Below are positions 40,080 through 50,391 of a DNA stretch of 64,000 bases, one piece after another. Position numbers and translations under genes: made by a program. Under the pieces are notes generated by a model that was not told where the DNA came from, did no database searches, and saw only the letters and a program-made list of their open reading frames with translations. This stretch comes from a bacterium (GTDB lineage: Bacteria; UBA8248). The stretch lies in NCBI GenBank assembly GCA_965204535.1, contig OZ241996.1, forward strand, positions 768,001 to 832,000. The letters are read 5' to 3'. Within the stretch, counting starts at the first letter, position 1. Every line of letters begins with the position of its first letter.

Positions 40080-40268
40080 TAGGGACAGGCCCTTGCCTGT
40101 CCTCCATGCGCCATCCTGACAATGGACAACCACAGGGGCAAGACAAACCCGAGGAGGGATTGTCCCTACCGCCCCGTTCGGCATTCCGCCTCGTGTAGGG
40201 GTCGCATATCATGCGACCCGGATTTTCGCGCCTCCCACGAACGGGCCGCATGATATGCGGCCCCTACA
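40080..40268. repeat. Two GTAG-type REP pairs between convergent genes
   Basis: GTAGGGACAGG...TGTCCCTAC and GTAGGGGTCGCATATCATGCGACCC ... GGGCCGCATGATATGCGGCCCCTAC. Confidence 0.8.
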
Positions 40269-40302
40269 AACAATCCAGCTTCACGTCCGAATCAGCTCTT
40301 AC

Positions 40303-42072
40303 CTACTCCCCCTCTTTCGGCGGGATGATGGGCAGCAGCAGGTACGGGTCGCGGCCGGAGCTGGCGTGCAGGGTCACCTTGTTGTCGAAGACGGCAGGCG
40401 GCCTGTCGTCGGGGTCGTTGTGCGTCATGCCGCCCGTGCCCTTGGTGGAGTAGTGGAACTGCTTGCCGAACTCGCTGAGCTCGCCCGTGTATTCATAGTC
40501 CTTCCCGCGCACGGTGAACGCCACCTGCCAGCCGGCGGGCACGACGATGCACGAGGTGACGATCTCCACGTCGCATTCGTACACATCGCCGGGCGTGAGC
40601 TTCTCCGCCTTGTCATGGGGATGATAGGGCCGGTAGAAGGTGCTCTTCTCGGGGTCGAGGGCGCGGTGCGAGACGCGCAGCCAGCCGTTCGCTATCGGCG
40701 TGTGCGGGTCGGTGGAGCCCATGAAGGTGAGTTCTTTCCCCTCGGGGTCGAACACGCGCACGATGAGGAAGAGGTCCGCATCCTCGGTGGATGAGGAGAC
40801 GAACAGCTTCGCCGCCATGGGGCCCGTGATCTCGGTTTCCTCTTCCATCGGCGGCATCCGGAACGTCACGCCGTCTCCCAGCCCCGCGTATTCGAGGGTT
40901 GCTTCTCCGGCGACGGGTTCTCTCGCGAGCGCCTTGTTCTCCAGATCGAGATAGAACTTCGTCCACTGCGTGCGCGCCAGGGGCCACTCGTTCTCGTAGC
41001 GGTGGACGAATTTCGGACCCGGATGGCGGACGTTGAGCGCGACCGGCGGGGTCTTCTCCCAGCCGTTGTCGATTCCTTTCAGGAAATGGTCGAAAAAGCG
41101 CTTCTGGAGGTCCAGCCCGTAGGCGCTCGAAAACAGCGACCAGTGCGAATCCCCGTGGGCTTCGAGCCACTTCTGCTCGGAGGGCGATTCGATGTAGCCG
41201 TTGAAGTTCCCGCGCGGGTGGATGCCCTGTCCGCCCCAGTTGGCGCAGGTCAGAAGCGGCAGCGTGACTTTCGAGAGGTCGGCGGAGCGCTCCCGGTGCC
41301 ACGGGCCGTCGAAGGGGTGTTTCTTGAGTTCCTCGAAGGCGTTCACGCGGTTCGCCGCGAGTTCCTCTTCCGTGAGGGTGATGGGGCCTGCGACGGACTC
41401 TCCCGTCACGGGATGTTTCCGCGCGTTCTCCCCGCGTCCGTACTGGACGTTCATCACCTGGACTTTCGACCACTGCTCCTGGAACTGGCTTAAAATTCCC
41501 CCGTGGTAGCCTGAGTCGCGGTAGGTGTCGTTACCCCCCTCCCAGGGGATGATGGCGGTCAGGTGCGGGGGTTTTCGGCCCGCGATGCGCCACTGGTTGC
41601 GCGCGTAGTAGGAGATGCCCAGCATCCCGACTTTCCCGTTGCTCCACTCCTGTACGCCCGCCCACTCGATGCACTCGTAGAGGTCGTCGATCTCCCGAGG
41701 GGAGTTGGGCGCCATGAAGCCGGGCGACCAGCCCGCCCCGCGCGAGTCCACGCGGATGCAGACGTAGCCGTGCGGGATCCAGCATTCGGGGTCCGTCACC
41801 TCCCAGTTCTGGTACTTGTTGGTGGACATTGCGAGAATTTCGGGGTAATCCGCCACCATCTTGTTCCACTGGTGGTGATAGCCCTCCTGGTAGGCCACCC
41901 CCTTGGCGTAGATGCCGTACGTCAGGATGACGGGGTATTTCCCCTCCTCGATGGGCCGGAACACGTCGGCGCGAAGCACGAGGCCGTCGTCCATCTCGAT
42001 GGGCTGGTGCCAGGTGATCCGCATGCCGTCGCGGTCTTCTGTTCTCGTGTTGACTCGGGGGGCCTCACTCAT
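40303..42072 (-). CDS. CocE/NonD family hydrolase
   Basis: LRADVFRP, DSRGAG.S.G, W.NGKVGM.GISY, GWLR.SHR. Confidence 0.92.
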   Translation of the reverse strand: MSEAPRVNTRTEDRDGMRITWHQPIEMDDGLVLRADVFRPIEEGKYPVILTYGIYAKGVAYQEGYHHQWNKMVADYPEILAMSTNKYQNWEVTDPECWIPHGYVCIRVDSRGAGWSPGFMAPNSPREIDDLYECIEWAGVQEWSNGKVGMLGISYYARNQWRIAGRKPPHLTAIIPWEGGNDTYRDSGYHGGILSQFQEQWSKVQVMNVQYGRGENARKHPVTGESVAGPITLTEEELAANRVNAFEELKKHPFDGPWHRERSADLSKVTLPLLTCANWGGQGIHPRGNFNGYIESPSEQKWLEAHGDSHWSLFSSAYGLDLQKRFFDHFLKGIDNGWEKTPPVALNVRHPGPKFVHRYENEWPLARTQWTKFYLDLENKALAREPVAGEATLEYAGLGDGVTFRMPPMEEETEITGPMAAKLFVSSSTEDADLFLIVRVFDPEGKELTFMGSTDPHTPIANGWLRVSHRALDPEKSTFYRPYHPHDKAEKLTPGDVYECDVEIVTSCIVVPAGWQVAFTVRGKDYEYTGELSEFGKQFHYSTKGTGGMTHNDPDDRPPAVFDNKVTLHASSGRDPYLLLPIIPPKEGE

Positions 42073-42200
42073 GCGTGGTTCCTTTCATTTGGCGTTGATA
42101 ACGAATTCTTGTTTTACCGTTTCTTCGGCGCTTGCGTTCGGGAATCATATGTTTCAGTTGGAGACTTGTTTTTTACACCTGCGTTTTTCACTCCTCTTTG

Positions 42201-42442
42201 AGGGGCAATGAAAAGTCCCCCTTCTCAGAGGATCAAGGCAACCCCCCCTACCCCCCCTTAACAGGGGGGCAAGAAAAAACAAAAGCTCCTCTATCGGCGG
42301 CGGGTGTCGCCTTTTCACACCCCCCTTGTTAGGGGGGCTTTTCTATAACCTCCTCGTCGGGGGGGCATCGCCTTTTTTTACCCCCCTGACAAGGGGGGGT
42401 AGGGGGGGGTGCTCCTATGACAAAGGCTTTTTCAACAACCCC
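42201..42442. mobile_element. MITE-like element, IS-free homologue of 13908-15641
   Basis: Ends AGGGGCAATGAAAAG / TTTTTCAACAACCCC; shares AAGGCAACCCCCC..AGGGGGGCAAGAAAAAACAAAAGC..; retains intact CCCCCCTGACAAGGGGGGG. Confidence 0.7.
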
Positions 42443-42509
42443 TCAAGGGGCGAGCATTCCCATCCGGAGCCCGGAATCTACCGTCGAGTGATATATCATT
42501 TCCCTGCGT

Positions 42510-43220
42510 TTACACGCTGATGGAATCGCCCGGCTCCATCACGGTGATTTCGGGCTTAAGCCCGCGCGCCGCGACCTCTTCCGCGAACTGCTCGGGCGTG
42601 CCCGTGAGCGGCGGGAAGGTCGAGTGGTGGATGGGCACGACCCGGCTCGCGCCCAGAAGCTCGACGGCGAGGGCCGCCTCGCGCGGGTCCATCGTGAACC
42701 GGCTGCCGATGGGCAGGAGGCACAGATCAGGCTGATACAACTCGCCGATGATCTTCATGTCGCCGAAAACGGCGGTATCCCCCGCGTGGTAGACGCGTTT
42801 CCCGTCCTCGAAGGTCATGACGAGGCCGGCGGGCTCGCCCGCGTAGACGCCCGGGTCGTTATAGCTCGAACTGTGCATGGCGTGGGTGAGGGTGACGCCG
42901 ACCCCGCCGAAATCCACCGTGCCGCCCTTGCCCATCGCGCCCGCGTGCTCTTCCGCGAAGCCCTCGTTCTGGGCGATGAGGTTCACCAGCTCATAGGGCC
43001 CCGCCACCGGGCATCCGCCCTGGCCGTAGACGTCCATGACGGCGGCGATGTGGTCGAAGTGGCCGTGGGTCAAGGCGATCAGGTCGGCTTTCTGCGGGCT
43101 GGTGTGGCCTTCGGGGCAGCGCGGATTCCCCTCGAGCCAGGGGTCGATGTAGAAGGTCTTGCCTCCGCCTGACTGACCGACGAAAGTGGAATGTCCCAGA
43201 TAAGTAAGAGTTGCGCCCAT
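42510..43220 (-). CDS. Metal-dependent hydrolase (UPF0173, MBL fold)
   Basis: YLGHS, IDPW..GNP, THGHFDH, A.HSS, YHAGDT, P.HH.TFP. Confidence 0.9.
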   Translation of the reverse strand: MGATLTYLGHSTFVGQSGGGKTFYIDPWLEGNPRCPEGHTSPQKADLIALTHGHFDHIAAVMDVYGQGGCPVAGPYELVNLIAQNEGFAEEHAGAMGKGGTVDFGGVGVTLTHAMHSSSYNDPGVYAGEPAGLVMTFEDGKRVYHAGDTAVFGDMKIIGELYQPDLCLLPIGSRFTMDPREAALAVELLGASRVVPIHHSTFPPLTGTPEQFAEEVAARGLKPEITVMEPGDSISV

Positions 43221-43408
43221 GATGATCCTCCGTATCGGTTTTCGGGTTTTCGCTCGACCGCAAACGCGCTACGTTTGCCGCATCGGTTTGTGTTCAAATG
43301 TTCTGAAGTTCGGTCGGCGCATTATAGTCCCGAAAACTCCGGGGCGAAAGAGTTTCAGGGGATTTCGCTTCATTCGCCGATTCCGGCTGCGTGAGAGGAT
43401 GAAAAGCC

Positions 43409-43861
43409 GTGAAGACGAGGCCCATGAGAGTAGAAGACGTCGAGCAGGTGCTCGACATCGAGCGCCTCTCCTTCCCGCTTCCGTGGTCGCGGGAGAGTTT
43501 TATCCGCGAGATTTGCGAGATCGACAATTCCCACCTCCGGGTCGTGGCGGAGGATGAGGAGGCTCGGGCCGGCGTCATGGGCTACGCCTGCTGGTGGGAG
43601 GTGGCGGATGAGTGCCACATCACGAATTTTGCCGTCGCGCCCGCCCACAGGCGCAAGGGGGTGGCCGATTTTCTGCTGGGGAGGGTTCTCGAGGACGCGA
43701 AGGGCAGGGGCCTCCTCCGCGCCACCTTGGAGGTGCGCCTCGGCAACGCCGCCGCCATCGCCTTGTATGAGAAGTGGGGGTTCACGGCGGCGGCCATGCG
43801 TCCGCGCTATTACCCCGACAACCGCGAAGACGCCCTCGTGATGTGGAAGGAAAAAATTTGA
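43409..43861 (+). CDS. rimI: Ribosomal protein S18 alanine N-acetyltransferase
   Basis: IE..SF..PWS, HITNFAV, R.KG, LEVR..N..AI.LY, YY...EDA.VM. Confidence 0.9.
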   Translation: MKTRPMRVEDVEQVLDIERLSFPLPWSRESFIREICEIDNSHLRVVAEDEEARAGVMGYACWWEVADECHITNFAVAPAHRRKGVADFLLGRVLEDAKGRGLLRATLEVRLGNAAAIALYEKWGFTAAAMRPRYYPDNREDALVMWKEKI

Positions 43862-43965
43862 ACCGGCGCTTAAGTATCTAGTGACAAACGCATTGTTATT
43901 TGCTAGATTATGCCCGCTCTATCACGATGCCCTGCAGTTTCCGTCCGTAGAGACCCGGTATTTCG

Positions 43966-44592
43966 ATGATTTCCTTCACGTTTCCCGACATCGTCATCGC
44001 CGTATTCGTCGGCGCGTTCCTCATCCGCGGCTGCGTGCGCGGTTTTTTCCGCGAGACTTTTTCCGTGGTCGCGCTCGGAATCGCGGTTCTCGTCACCATG
44101 CAGTTCACCGACCTCACGCGCTCCTACCTCGCCTATCTCCTGGGCGAGGGCGACCGGCTCGATTCGCTCGTCAAGCCGCTTCTCTTCTTGAGCGTATGGG
44201 TGCTCGCCGCCTGGTTCTTCCGCATGATGTTCGGCGTCTTGTCGATCGCCACGCCCGGGCTGTTCTCCAGGCTCGGCGGCGGCCTCATCGGGGGCGCCAA
44301 GGGCGTGTTCTTCTTCGCCCTGGGGCTGGCGGTCTTCGGGAGCCATGTGTCCGGCTTTTTGCCTGCGGGCGGCGGGGACAGGCTCCTCCCGTATGTGCGG
44401 GGGGTGAGCGCCTACATCGAGGGGTTCGACAAGGCGGACATCGAGGAAGGCCTGAACGCCGCTAAAGAGAAATTCGGCGACAAGCTCGACTCGGCCAAAG
44501 AGGGCGTCGGCGCGGGGAAGGAGAAGCTCCAGGGCATGACGGGCGGGGAGAAGGAAGAGGGCGAGATCGAAACGCGGGAGATGAGGAGGTAG
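43966..44592 (+). CDS. cvpA: CvpA family membrane protein
   Basis: D...RG..RGFFRE, R.GG...G..KG; four TM helices. Confidence 0.8.
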   Translation: MISFTFPDIVIAVFVGAFLIRGCVRGFFRETFSVVALGIAVLVTMQFTDLTRSYLAYLLGEGDRLDSLVKPLLFLSVWVLAAWFFRMMFGVLSIATPGLFSRLGGGLIGGAKGVFFFALGLAVFGSHVSGFLPAGGGDRLLPYVRGVSAYIEGFDKADIEEGLNAAKEKFGDKLDSAKEGVGAGKEKLQGMTGGEKEEGEIETREMRR

Positions 44593-44638
44593 GGTTGAGA
44601 ATGTTCTTTGCAACCAGAAAATGTTTAGCTTTCTTCCA

Positions 44639-47600
44639 TTACTGATTCGGCCCGATTCTTCGGATTTGGATTTTCTCCTTATCTAAATCTATTTTTGCAT
44701 AGGTTACTGAATTGGGTACTACATCAATTGGAACATCAAGTCGCCCGACGATCCGAAAATCTGGTGTTGACAGCCATGTGTCTTCCCCAACCGCGTTGGG
44801 TTCGACACGAAGCATGGCAATATCTGATGGAATGCCACCATTCACTTCGGTAAAATTAATCATGACACTCACATCGCACCACTTCTTGTCCTTACTACTC
44901 AGAATATCGTCCCTGAAACGTCGCCATAAGGATACTGTTGACTTGTTTGGCCAATTATCTCGTAACGACAACTCAGCAACGATTTCACTGGCTAGCCATT
45001 GACGCATGTCGCTACCGTCAAAAAAGCTAGGGTCGAGTTCGCTCACCACATCGAGTGCGGCCTGCCGGGAAGTAAGGCCAGCGCGTACTAGCAATGACAT
45101 GCGGTAGTCTGGCAATCCTGTATCAAGGCAAGCCGCCGCCGCACCGGGGATAGTTCCGATTTCTGGTTCCCAGCCGCCAGCAAGACGTCGCGAACGCACC
45201 GCCTCTAGCGCCCAGACAAGCCGATATGTAAACGTATTTTCAATCATTCCGACACGGTTTGCACCTATGGCGCTTAGTGGTGCGCCCTCAATCCAATCGC
45301 GCAAGACCCCTTGCCAATTGCCGACGAGAGCGTTTTGGGTGTCCGGAATAAATGGCCGAATAGTTAGTAGCTTTTCCGCTAGTTGAATGAGTGTCGCATG
45401 TAAAGTATCAACATCGGCTTGTAATGCGGCGAGGTCGGCGCGATCCAGAACCTCTGCTAAAAAATCTGCCATCTCGTCTACCTGAATACCGGTTTCCAAA
45501 CCGACACCCATGGCGAAATGTCCACGACGCTGTTGAGCAGTCGTGTTGTTCCATATAAGACGTGCCCGTGTTTTCAGAACAACCATTTGCATCTTTTTGA
45601 TATTGGGGTCTAAGCGATCCAACTGCCTTGACCACAAAGACCCTGACAAAGCTTCTTCAAGGAGTGTGGGTAAATCTTCAGTATCTGCATCTAGTGCCTC
45701 AATTAAACCGAAAACGATCGCATCTAGTTTTGGGATTAATTCTTCAAGTGGATCGCCGTCGATTTCTTCTGGTTCTTCCAGCCATGCTTCGCGGGCGTTG
45801 GCTAGATACTCGTACCCATCCTCATTTCGGGCAACACCACGCTTGGCGAGGCGCTTTATGATTTGATCGATTACAATCAGAAAACCACTTTTCAGCGACC
45901 GTTCCTTCACATTATGCACAAGTCGACGCCAATCTATCCTGCGTTTGCTAAATTTGTCTTTCATCACATGTAGAATCAGCCCTTCGGTATCCACAAATGC
46001 GCGGCCAACACGCCCGGCAACATTTGCGAATTCATCGCTCGAAATCTGGTAGCCTGAGCGAGTCAGATAGGGCGCTAGTAACACAGCCGCATTAAGGTTT
46101 AATCCCTGCGCGAGGGTTGGGGACGCCACTGTCACTTTAATAGCGCCCGAGGTAAGCAGACGCTCAACCTCGCGAAGAAAAGGACTTGGCAATTTCCCGT
46201 GATGCACCGCGACTCCAAAATTTAAACATTTAACTGCAGGATGATCAGGTCCAAGCCATTCAGCGCCAATGGCCAATGCCGTCTTGATGGCGGACTGTTC
46301 CTCCAGTAAGGGTGGGAGATAGCCTTTTTTGACCAATGCTGTGGCGCGTTTGCCATAGCCTTCCACCCAATTAGCCTGAGTGATGAAAATCAAACAGCTT
46401 TTTCCCTCCTTGGCGAAGCGCCACGCGCCCATTAAAGTGACATCTTTGAGGTCTCGTGGTAAGGCTTTTTGATCCCTGCCGCGAGGAAGGAGTTCTTCGA
46501 TGAAGCGGGGCACAAAAGGACCGTTGTTTTTAAGATCGTAGTTTAACCTTCCTGCACTACTACGCCATTCGAGCGTGCCAAAGCGTTGACGCGTCGGTCG
46601 CCAATCGGATCTGATAGGATCGCCTTCGACATCTGAGCGAATCCACGAGGTCATATCGTCAAGGTCTTTTCCTGTTGGGAGAACTGCGGAAAGGCAAACA
46701 ATGCGCCGTTCGGGTGCATCCCTCCGGCACAAGAGTCGCTGAACGAGGATTTCATAATGGATTTCTCGTTCTCCAGGTCCAATAAGGTGACCTTCATCCA
46801 AAATGATAAGGCCAATATCGTCGATAACGGTCGGATCATTTCGGAGGGCAAAATCGAGTTTTTCAGGTGTTGAGACGACGATTCGGTGATTACGGAGAGC
46901 ATCCGCATCGCCTGCTGACAAGCCGCTTTTCCCATAAAGTGAGGATACAGTCGCACCGTGCGGGGCAAAACATGTACGAAAAGATCGCTCAGTTTGTGCC
47001 GACAAGGCGCGAAGAGGCGTTACGATTAGTACGCGTTTGCCCATTGACAGAGAAGTAAGTGTTGCTAGTTCCGCGATACGTGTTTTTCCTGCGCTGGTGG
47101 GCAACGTGACAACAAGATCATCTTCGGGATCGACCGCGCGCCGGGCCGCATCAATCTGTGACGGCCAGAGTTCTACCTGCGCCGTATCGCGCGCCAAAAG
47201 TGAAGCAATGAAAATGGTTCTATGTTGACTGTAAACATAATTGTCGCCCTCTGGAGGATTTGCAGGAAGCACCTCATGCAATGATTGATCCCAGAGATCG
47301 CCCAATAACTGCCCTGTTAGTCGAATTACCCACCAGAGCGATGAAAGTCCAGATTCGGCGGCTAATTTAAGAGCTGTCTTGAGTATTTGATGAGTAACTG
47401 TGGTATAGCCTGAATCTCCTGTCTGCAAAGCGAACTCGTAATACGCTAAAGCTCGACAGACTGCACTAATCAGGATGAGAGCAATTTCAGCGTCCGTATC
47501 GCCGCCAGGGTTTTGTAATCGCTCCAAGATAGCGCTATCCTGGTGTTGAGGATCACGAAGCCAATCTTGCGCCACATCTCGCACCCCATCCAAATCGCGT

Positions 47601-48046
47601 AGCAAAAGCTTTACGAGACAAACCTCAGCGGTATTCAGGTTTTGGTCTGTCACATCCACCGGAGAAAAAAGGGAATAAGCAATCGCTGCATAGCTCCCAA
47701 GATGATAGGCTGCTGCTGCCACTACACGGTGAAATCCGCGCCGAAAATCGGCAGGTTCGCCATTTCTTACTAGTGCTTCAAGGACCCTACCGGACACATA
47801 AAACGCTTTTCGAGCGATTGGGTGGCCACGTTCCAGTGAATTTAAGGCAAGTCCCGCATCCAGCAAAGCGAATCCGTATTCTGCGAGATCGGCGTCCAAC
47901 GTAGCGCGGAATGAGGGTGCATGCTCTTGAAGCTTACCGTCACGTCGGATGATCGACCAAGCCTCACCAGTATCAACAATGCGATCCCTTCCGTCGCTTG
48001 CTAACGAGCCTTCCAGAAAAGCAACTAATTCCTCAACTGTCTCCAA
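44639..48046 (-). CDS. hamB: Hachiman defence Ski2-like helicase HamB
   Basis: PTSAGKT, TPEK, DEGH, LSA, HHG, TLAQGLN, N.AGR.GR; overlaps upstream DUF1837-like gene; low GC; TTG start after GGAGG. Confidence 0.85.
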   Translation of the reverse strand: METVEELVAFLEGSLASDGRDRIVDTGEAWSIIRRDGKLQEHAPSFRATLDADLAEYGFALLDAGLALNSLERGHPIARKAFYVSGRVLEALVRNGEPADFRRGFHRVVAAAAYHLGSYAAIAYSLFSPVDVTDQNLNTAEVCLVKLLLRDLDGVRDVAQDWLRDPQHQDSAILERLQNPGGDTDAEIALILISAVCRALAYYEFALQTGDSGYTTVTHQILKTALKLAAESGLSSLWWVIRLTGQLLGDLWDQSLHEVLPANPPEGDNYVYSQHRTIFIASLLARDTAQVELWPSQIDAARRAVDPEDDLVVTLPTSAGKTRIAELATLTSLSMGKRVLIVTPLRALSAQTERSFRTCFAPHGATVSSLYGKSGLSAGDADALRNHRIVVSTPEKLDFALRNDPTVIDDIGLIILDEGHLIGPGEREIHYEILVQRLLCRRDAPERRIVCLSAVLPTGKDLDDMTSWIRSDVEGDPIRSDWRPTRQRFGTLEWRSSAGRLNYDLKNNGPFVPRFIEELLPRGRDQKALPRDLKDVTLMGAWRFAKEGKSCLIFITQANWVEGYGKRATALVKKGYLPPLLEEQSAIKTALAIGAEWLGPDHPAVKCLNFGVAVHHGKLPSPFLREVERLLTSGAIKVTVASPTLAQGLNLNAAVLLAPYLTRSGYQISSDEFANVAGRVGRAFVDTEGLILHVMKDKFSKRRIDWRRLVHNVKERSLKSGFLIVIDQIIKRLAKRGVARNEDGYEYLANAREAWLEEPEEIDGDPLEELIPKLDAIVFGLIEALDADTEDLPTLLEEALSGSLWSRQLDRLDPNIKKMQMVVLKTRARLIWNNTTAQQRRGHFAMGVGLETGIQVDEMADFLAEVLDRADLAALQADVDTLHATLIQLAEKLLTIRPFIPDTQNALVGNWQGVLRDWIEGAPLSAIGANRVGMIENTFTYRLVWALEAVRSRRLAGGWEPEIGTIPGAAAACLDTGLPDYRMSLLVRAGLTSRQAALDVVSELDPSFFDGSDMRQWLASEIVAELSLRDNWPNKSTVSLWRRFRDDILSSKDKKWCDVSVMINFTEVNGGIPSDIAMLRVEPNAVGEDTWLSTPDFRIVGRLDVPIDVVPNSVTYAKIDLDKEKIQIRRIGPNQ

Positions 48047-48815
48047 ACGATGACACCTCCTCAAAGACCGTGAATACGAACTCCTTGTGATCCTTTATTC
48101 TTAGGTTGACGGAATGTTGTGTGCGACCGTCATCAGCGGCATCGAGGTCTTCTCTAATAGTTTTCGTTGCAGGGTTACCGCTCAGGGTAAACATAAGATG
48201 AGTTAGCCGACTATTTGGGGTTGTACGAGTCGTTCCTTCTTTGATGAGATCAATTCCCATCTCTTTCATATTGGAATCCTGACTTTCGATAAGCCGACGA
48301 GCAATGAAAATTAATGAGTGTGCGGATGGTCGCCCATAGTCAGTCTCTAGTGCTTTTCTAGCTTTTTTCACAGTTACATTAGTTAGATTCCTAGCGCTTT
48401 TCGCTTCACCCTTCAGAAGTTTTATTTGATTTTTTTTGTCATAAGCCACAGCGATAACGTCCACACCGCGCATCGGCATATCTCGGTGATCCTTGTACCT
48501 AAGTTTTTTCACAGGAACTTTGAAATCGAGTTGTTCTTCAATGAATTCTGCGGCGAGAATCTCGCCTAGTTCGCCTGATTTGATATTTCGCTTTTGGGGT
48601 AGGAGAGTTCTAATAAGTTCTGCTACTTGGGAACATTCTAATTCAGCGAGAAGTCGTGCGATTTCTTCATGAGCGATGTAGTGGTCAAGGATTCGATCAG
48701 TCAATTCTTCGAATATAGCTTCTCGTCCACCCTCACGTTCGCTTAGGTGCCACAGCGTTTTCTTCTTTGCTTTAGTAGTTTTGCAATGACACCAGGTTTT
48801 GTACAGGCTAGACAT
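48033..48815 (-). CDS. hamA: Hachiman defence nuclease HamA (DUF1837-like)
   Basis: SGELGEIL, G.DV, GEAK (PD-(D/E)xK); directly upstream of the helicase. Confidence 0.85.
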   Translation of the reverse strand: MSSLYKTWCHCKTTKAKKKTLWHLSEREGGREAIFEELTDRILDHYIAHEEIARLLAELECSQVAELIRTLLPQKRNIKSGELGEILAAEFIEEQLDFKVPVKKLRYKDHRDMPMRGVDVIAVAYDKKNQIKLLKGEAKSARNLTNVTVKKARKALETDYGRPSAHSLIFIARRLIESQDSNMKEMGIDLIKEGTTRTTPNSRLTHLMFTLSGNPATKTIREDLDAADDGRTQHSVNLRIKDHKEFVFTVFEEVSSFGDS

Positions 48816-48987
48816 TTGTTCTCGAAAATCTCCTGTTTTGTGGATTATACTTGGGTGTACTTAACTAATAGGCATTACTATGGATATTTTTTTCAACCGT
48901 TTTTGTTCCTTAGTGAAAGCAAAGCGGTCTTCGTAGCAGCCCCTCTACACCTCACCACCCGTGCATGCCCCTGCTCGCTGAATTCAT

Positions 48988-49419
48988 CTAGAGCGAAATC
49001 TCTCTCCCCTGCGGCAAGAATTTATCCCCCACCAACGCCACCCCCTCCATCTGCGCTGCTCGCCTGTCGAAGGTGTAGAGGGGATGTGCGCCGCTTCGGT
49101 TCGCGGCGGCTGCGATCATGAGGTCGGAAAAGCCGGCCCCGCCGCGCCGGTAATGGAAGGCGGCGCGGGCCACGTCGTCCGCCGCCTCGATTTCGAGTTC
49201 TTCGGTAGCTACGAGTTCTTCCAGCACCTCTGCGATTCGTTCTCGGGAAAACCGATAGGTTCGGTCAAGCACCCAGACGAGTTCGACAGTCACCTCGCGG
49301 CAAATAAAGCCGGGCCGCTCGGCAGTCAGCCCTGCTATCAGACCTTGGGCCGCTTCTGTCTGGGACGCATCATCCGCGACCAGACATCGAACTAGGACGT
49401 TCGTGTCGAGCGCGATCAC
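48988..49419 (-). CDS. vapC: VapC/PIN domain toxin
   Basis: ALDTNVLVR, E..WVL, FSD.MI, TFD. Confidence 0.9.
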   Translation of the reverse strand: MIALDTNVLVRCLVADDASQTEAAQGLIAGLTAERPGFICREVTVELVWVLDRTYRFSRERIAEVLEELVATEELEIEAADDVARAAFHYRRGGAGFSDLMIAAAANRSGAHPLYTFDRRAAQMEGVALVGDKFLPQGREISL

Positions 49420-49649
49420 TCCTCACTCGCCCCCTCAGCGATAGCGCGCTCCATATCTTCGAGCGTTTTTGGAGGGCCTTCGTATTTGAGCATGCCGAAC
49501 AGCCGGGCGATGGGCCGCATCGGGATGATGCGCACCTCATCGCCCAGGATGATATAGCGCACGCGATCGCCCGGCCGCACGCCGAGGGCTTCGCGTACCG
49601 GCTTGGGCAGCGTCGTCTGGCCCTTTGAGGTAATCGTGGATTCGACCAT
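49416..49649 (-). CDS. AbrB/MazE-type antitoxin
   Basis: STITSKGQTTLPK.VRE.LG..PGD; GTGA overlap with vapC. Confidence 0.9.
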   Translation of the reverse strand: MVESTITSKGQTTLPKPVREALGVRPGDRVRYIILGDEVRIIPMRPIARLFGMLKYEGPPKTLEDMERAIAEGASEE

Positions 49650-49795
49650 GTGGAACCCCCCCCTGTTCCTTACTTAATATAATAATGCCTTACTTTTGCA
49701 GGTTAAGCAAGGACAAAATTACCGTGTTTATACGGAATTTAGCCGGTTTATGAAATCCATATAATTCTCCCAAGAAACGCATAACTCCTTTTCAC

Positions 49796-49825
49796 TTGAC
49801 GGGGGAAACGCAGTTCCCCTATCTT
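49796..49825 (+). promoter_or_regulatory. Sigma70-like promoter with palindromic spacer upstream of XRE gene
   Basis: TTGACG-18 nt-TATCTT; GGGGAA...TTCCCC inside. Confidence 0.45.
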
Positions 49826-49876
49826 TTATGATGATTTTAACCAACATATAACTCTTATATGATGGATATTTTCAAC

Positions 49877-50218
49877 ATGATGAATGAAAGCAGGATTACA
49901 CGGACGCCGCCGGCCGCCGTCGAAGACGCCATCCGGCGTCTGGGTCGCAACATACGCACGGCGCGCCTGCGCCGGAGGCTGCGCATCGAGGATGTGGCGA
50001 ACCGCATCGGCGCTTCGCGCTTCACGGTCGCGGACCTCGAGAAGGGCAAGCCGGGCGCGTCGATGGCCGCCTACGCGGGCGCGCTGTGGGCGCTCGGCCT
50101 GCTGGAGGACATGAGCGAGGTGGCCGACCCCGACAGGGATGAAGAGGGCAAGACGCTCGAAAGCGCCAGAAGCCCGAAGTCCGCGCCGCGCCGCAGGAGG
50201 CTCGACAATGACTTCTGA
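49877..50218 (+). CDS. XRE-family HTH protein (HipB-like antitoxin)
   Basis: LGRNIR.AR.RR, VA.RIG.SR.TV..LEKG.P; overlaps hipA fragment. Confidence 0.85.
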   Translation: MMNESRITRTPPAAVEDAIRRLGRNIRTARLRRRLRIEDVANRIGASRFTVADLEKGKPGASMAAYAGALWALGLLEDMSEVADPDRDEEGKTLESARSPKSAPRRRRLDNDF

Positions 50219-50333
50219 GGGCGAGTGCTTCGTCTATATCGTCCTCCCCGGAGAGTGCGAGTTCGTGACGGCGGGCCGCTTTCGGGTTGAGAAGACGCGA
50301 GACGGTGCGGCCATCGGGCGGTTTTCCAATTGA
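50208..50333 (+). pseudogene. Truncated HipA-like toxin (N-terminal 41 codons)
   Basis: MTSEGECFVYIVLPG..EFVTAGRF resembles HipA N-termini; stops exactly where GC drops. Confidence 0.7.
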
Positions 50334-50391
50334 GCATATATCCTCCCTGTGCTATCTACTCGGCGACTAACAAATAAATGGGGAGGGAGCC

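Noticed and set aside
44639-48815. Helicase-nuclease pair as a novel defence system
   Set aside because: Motifs and gene order fit the described Hachiman system.
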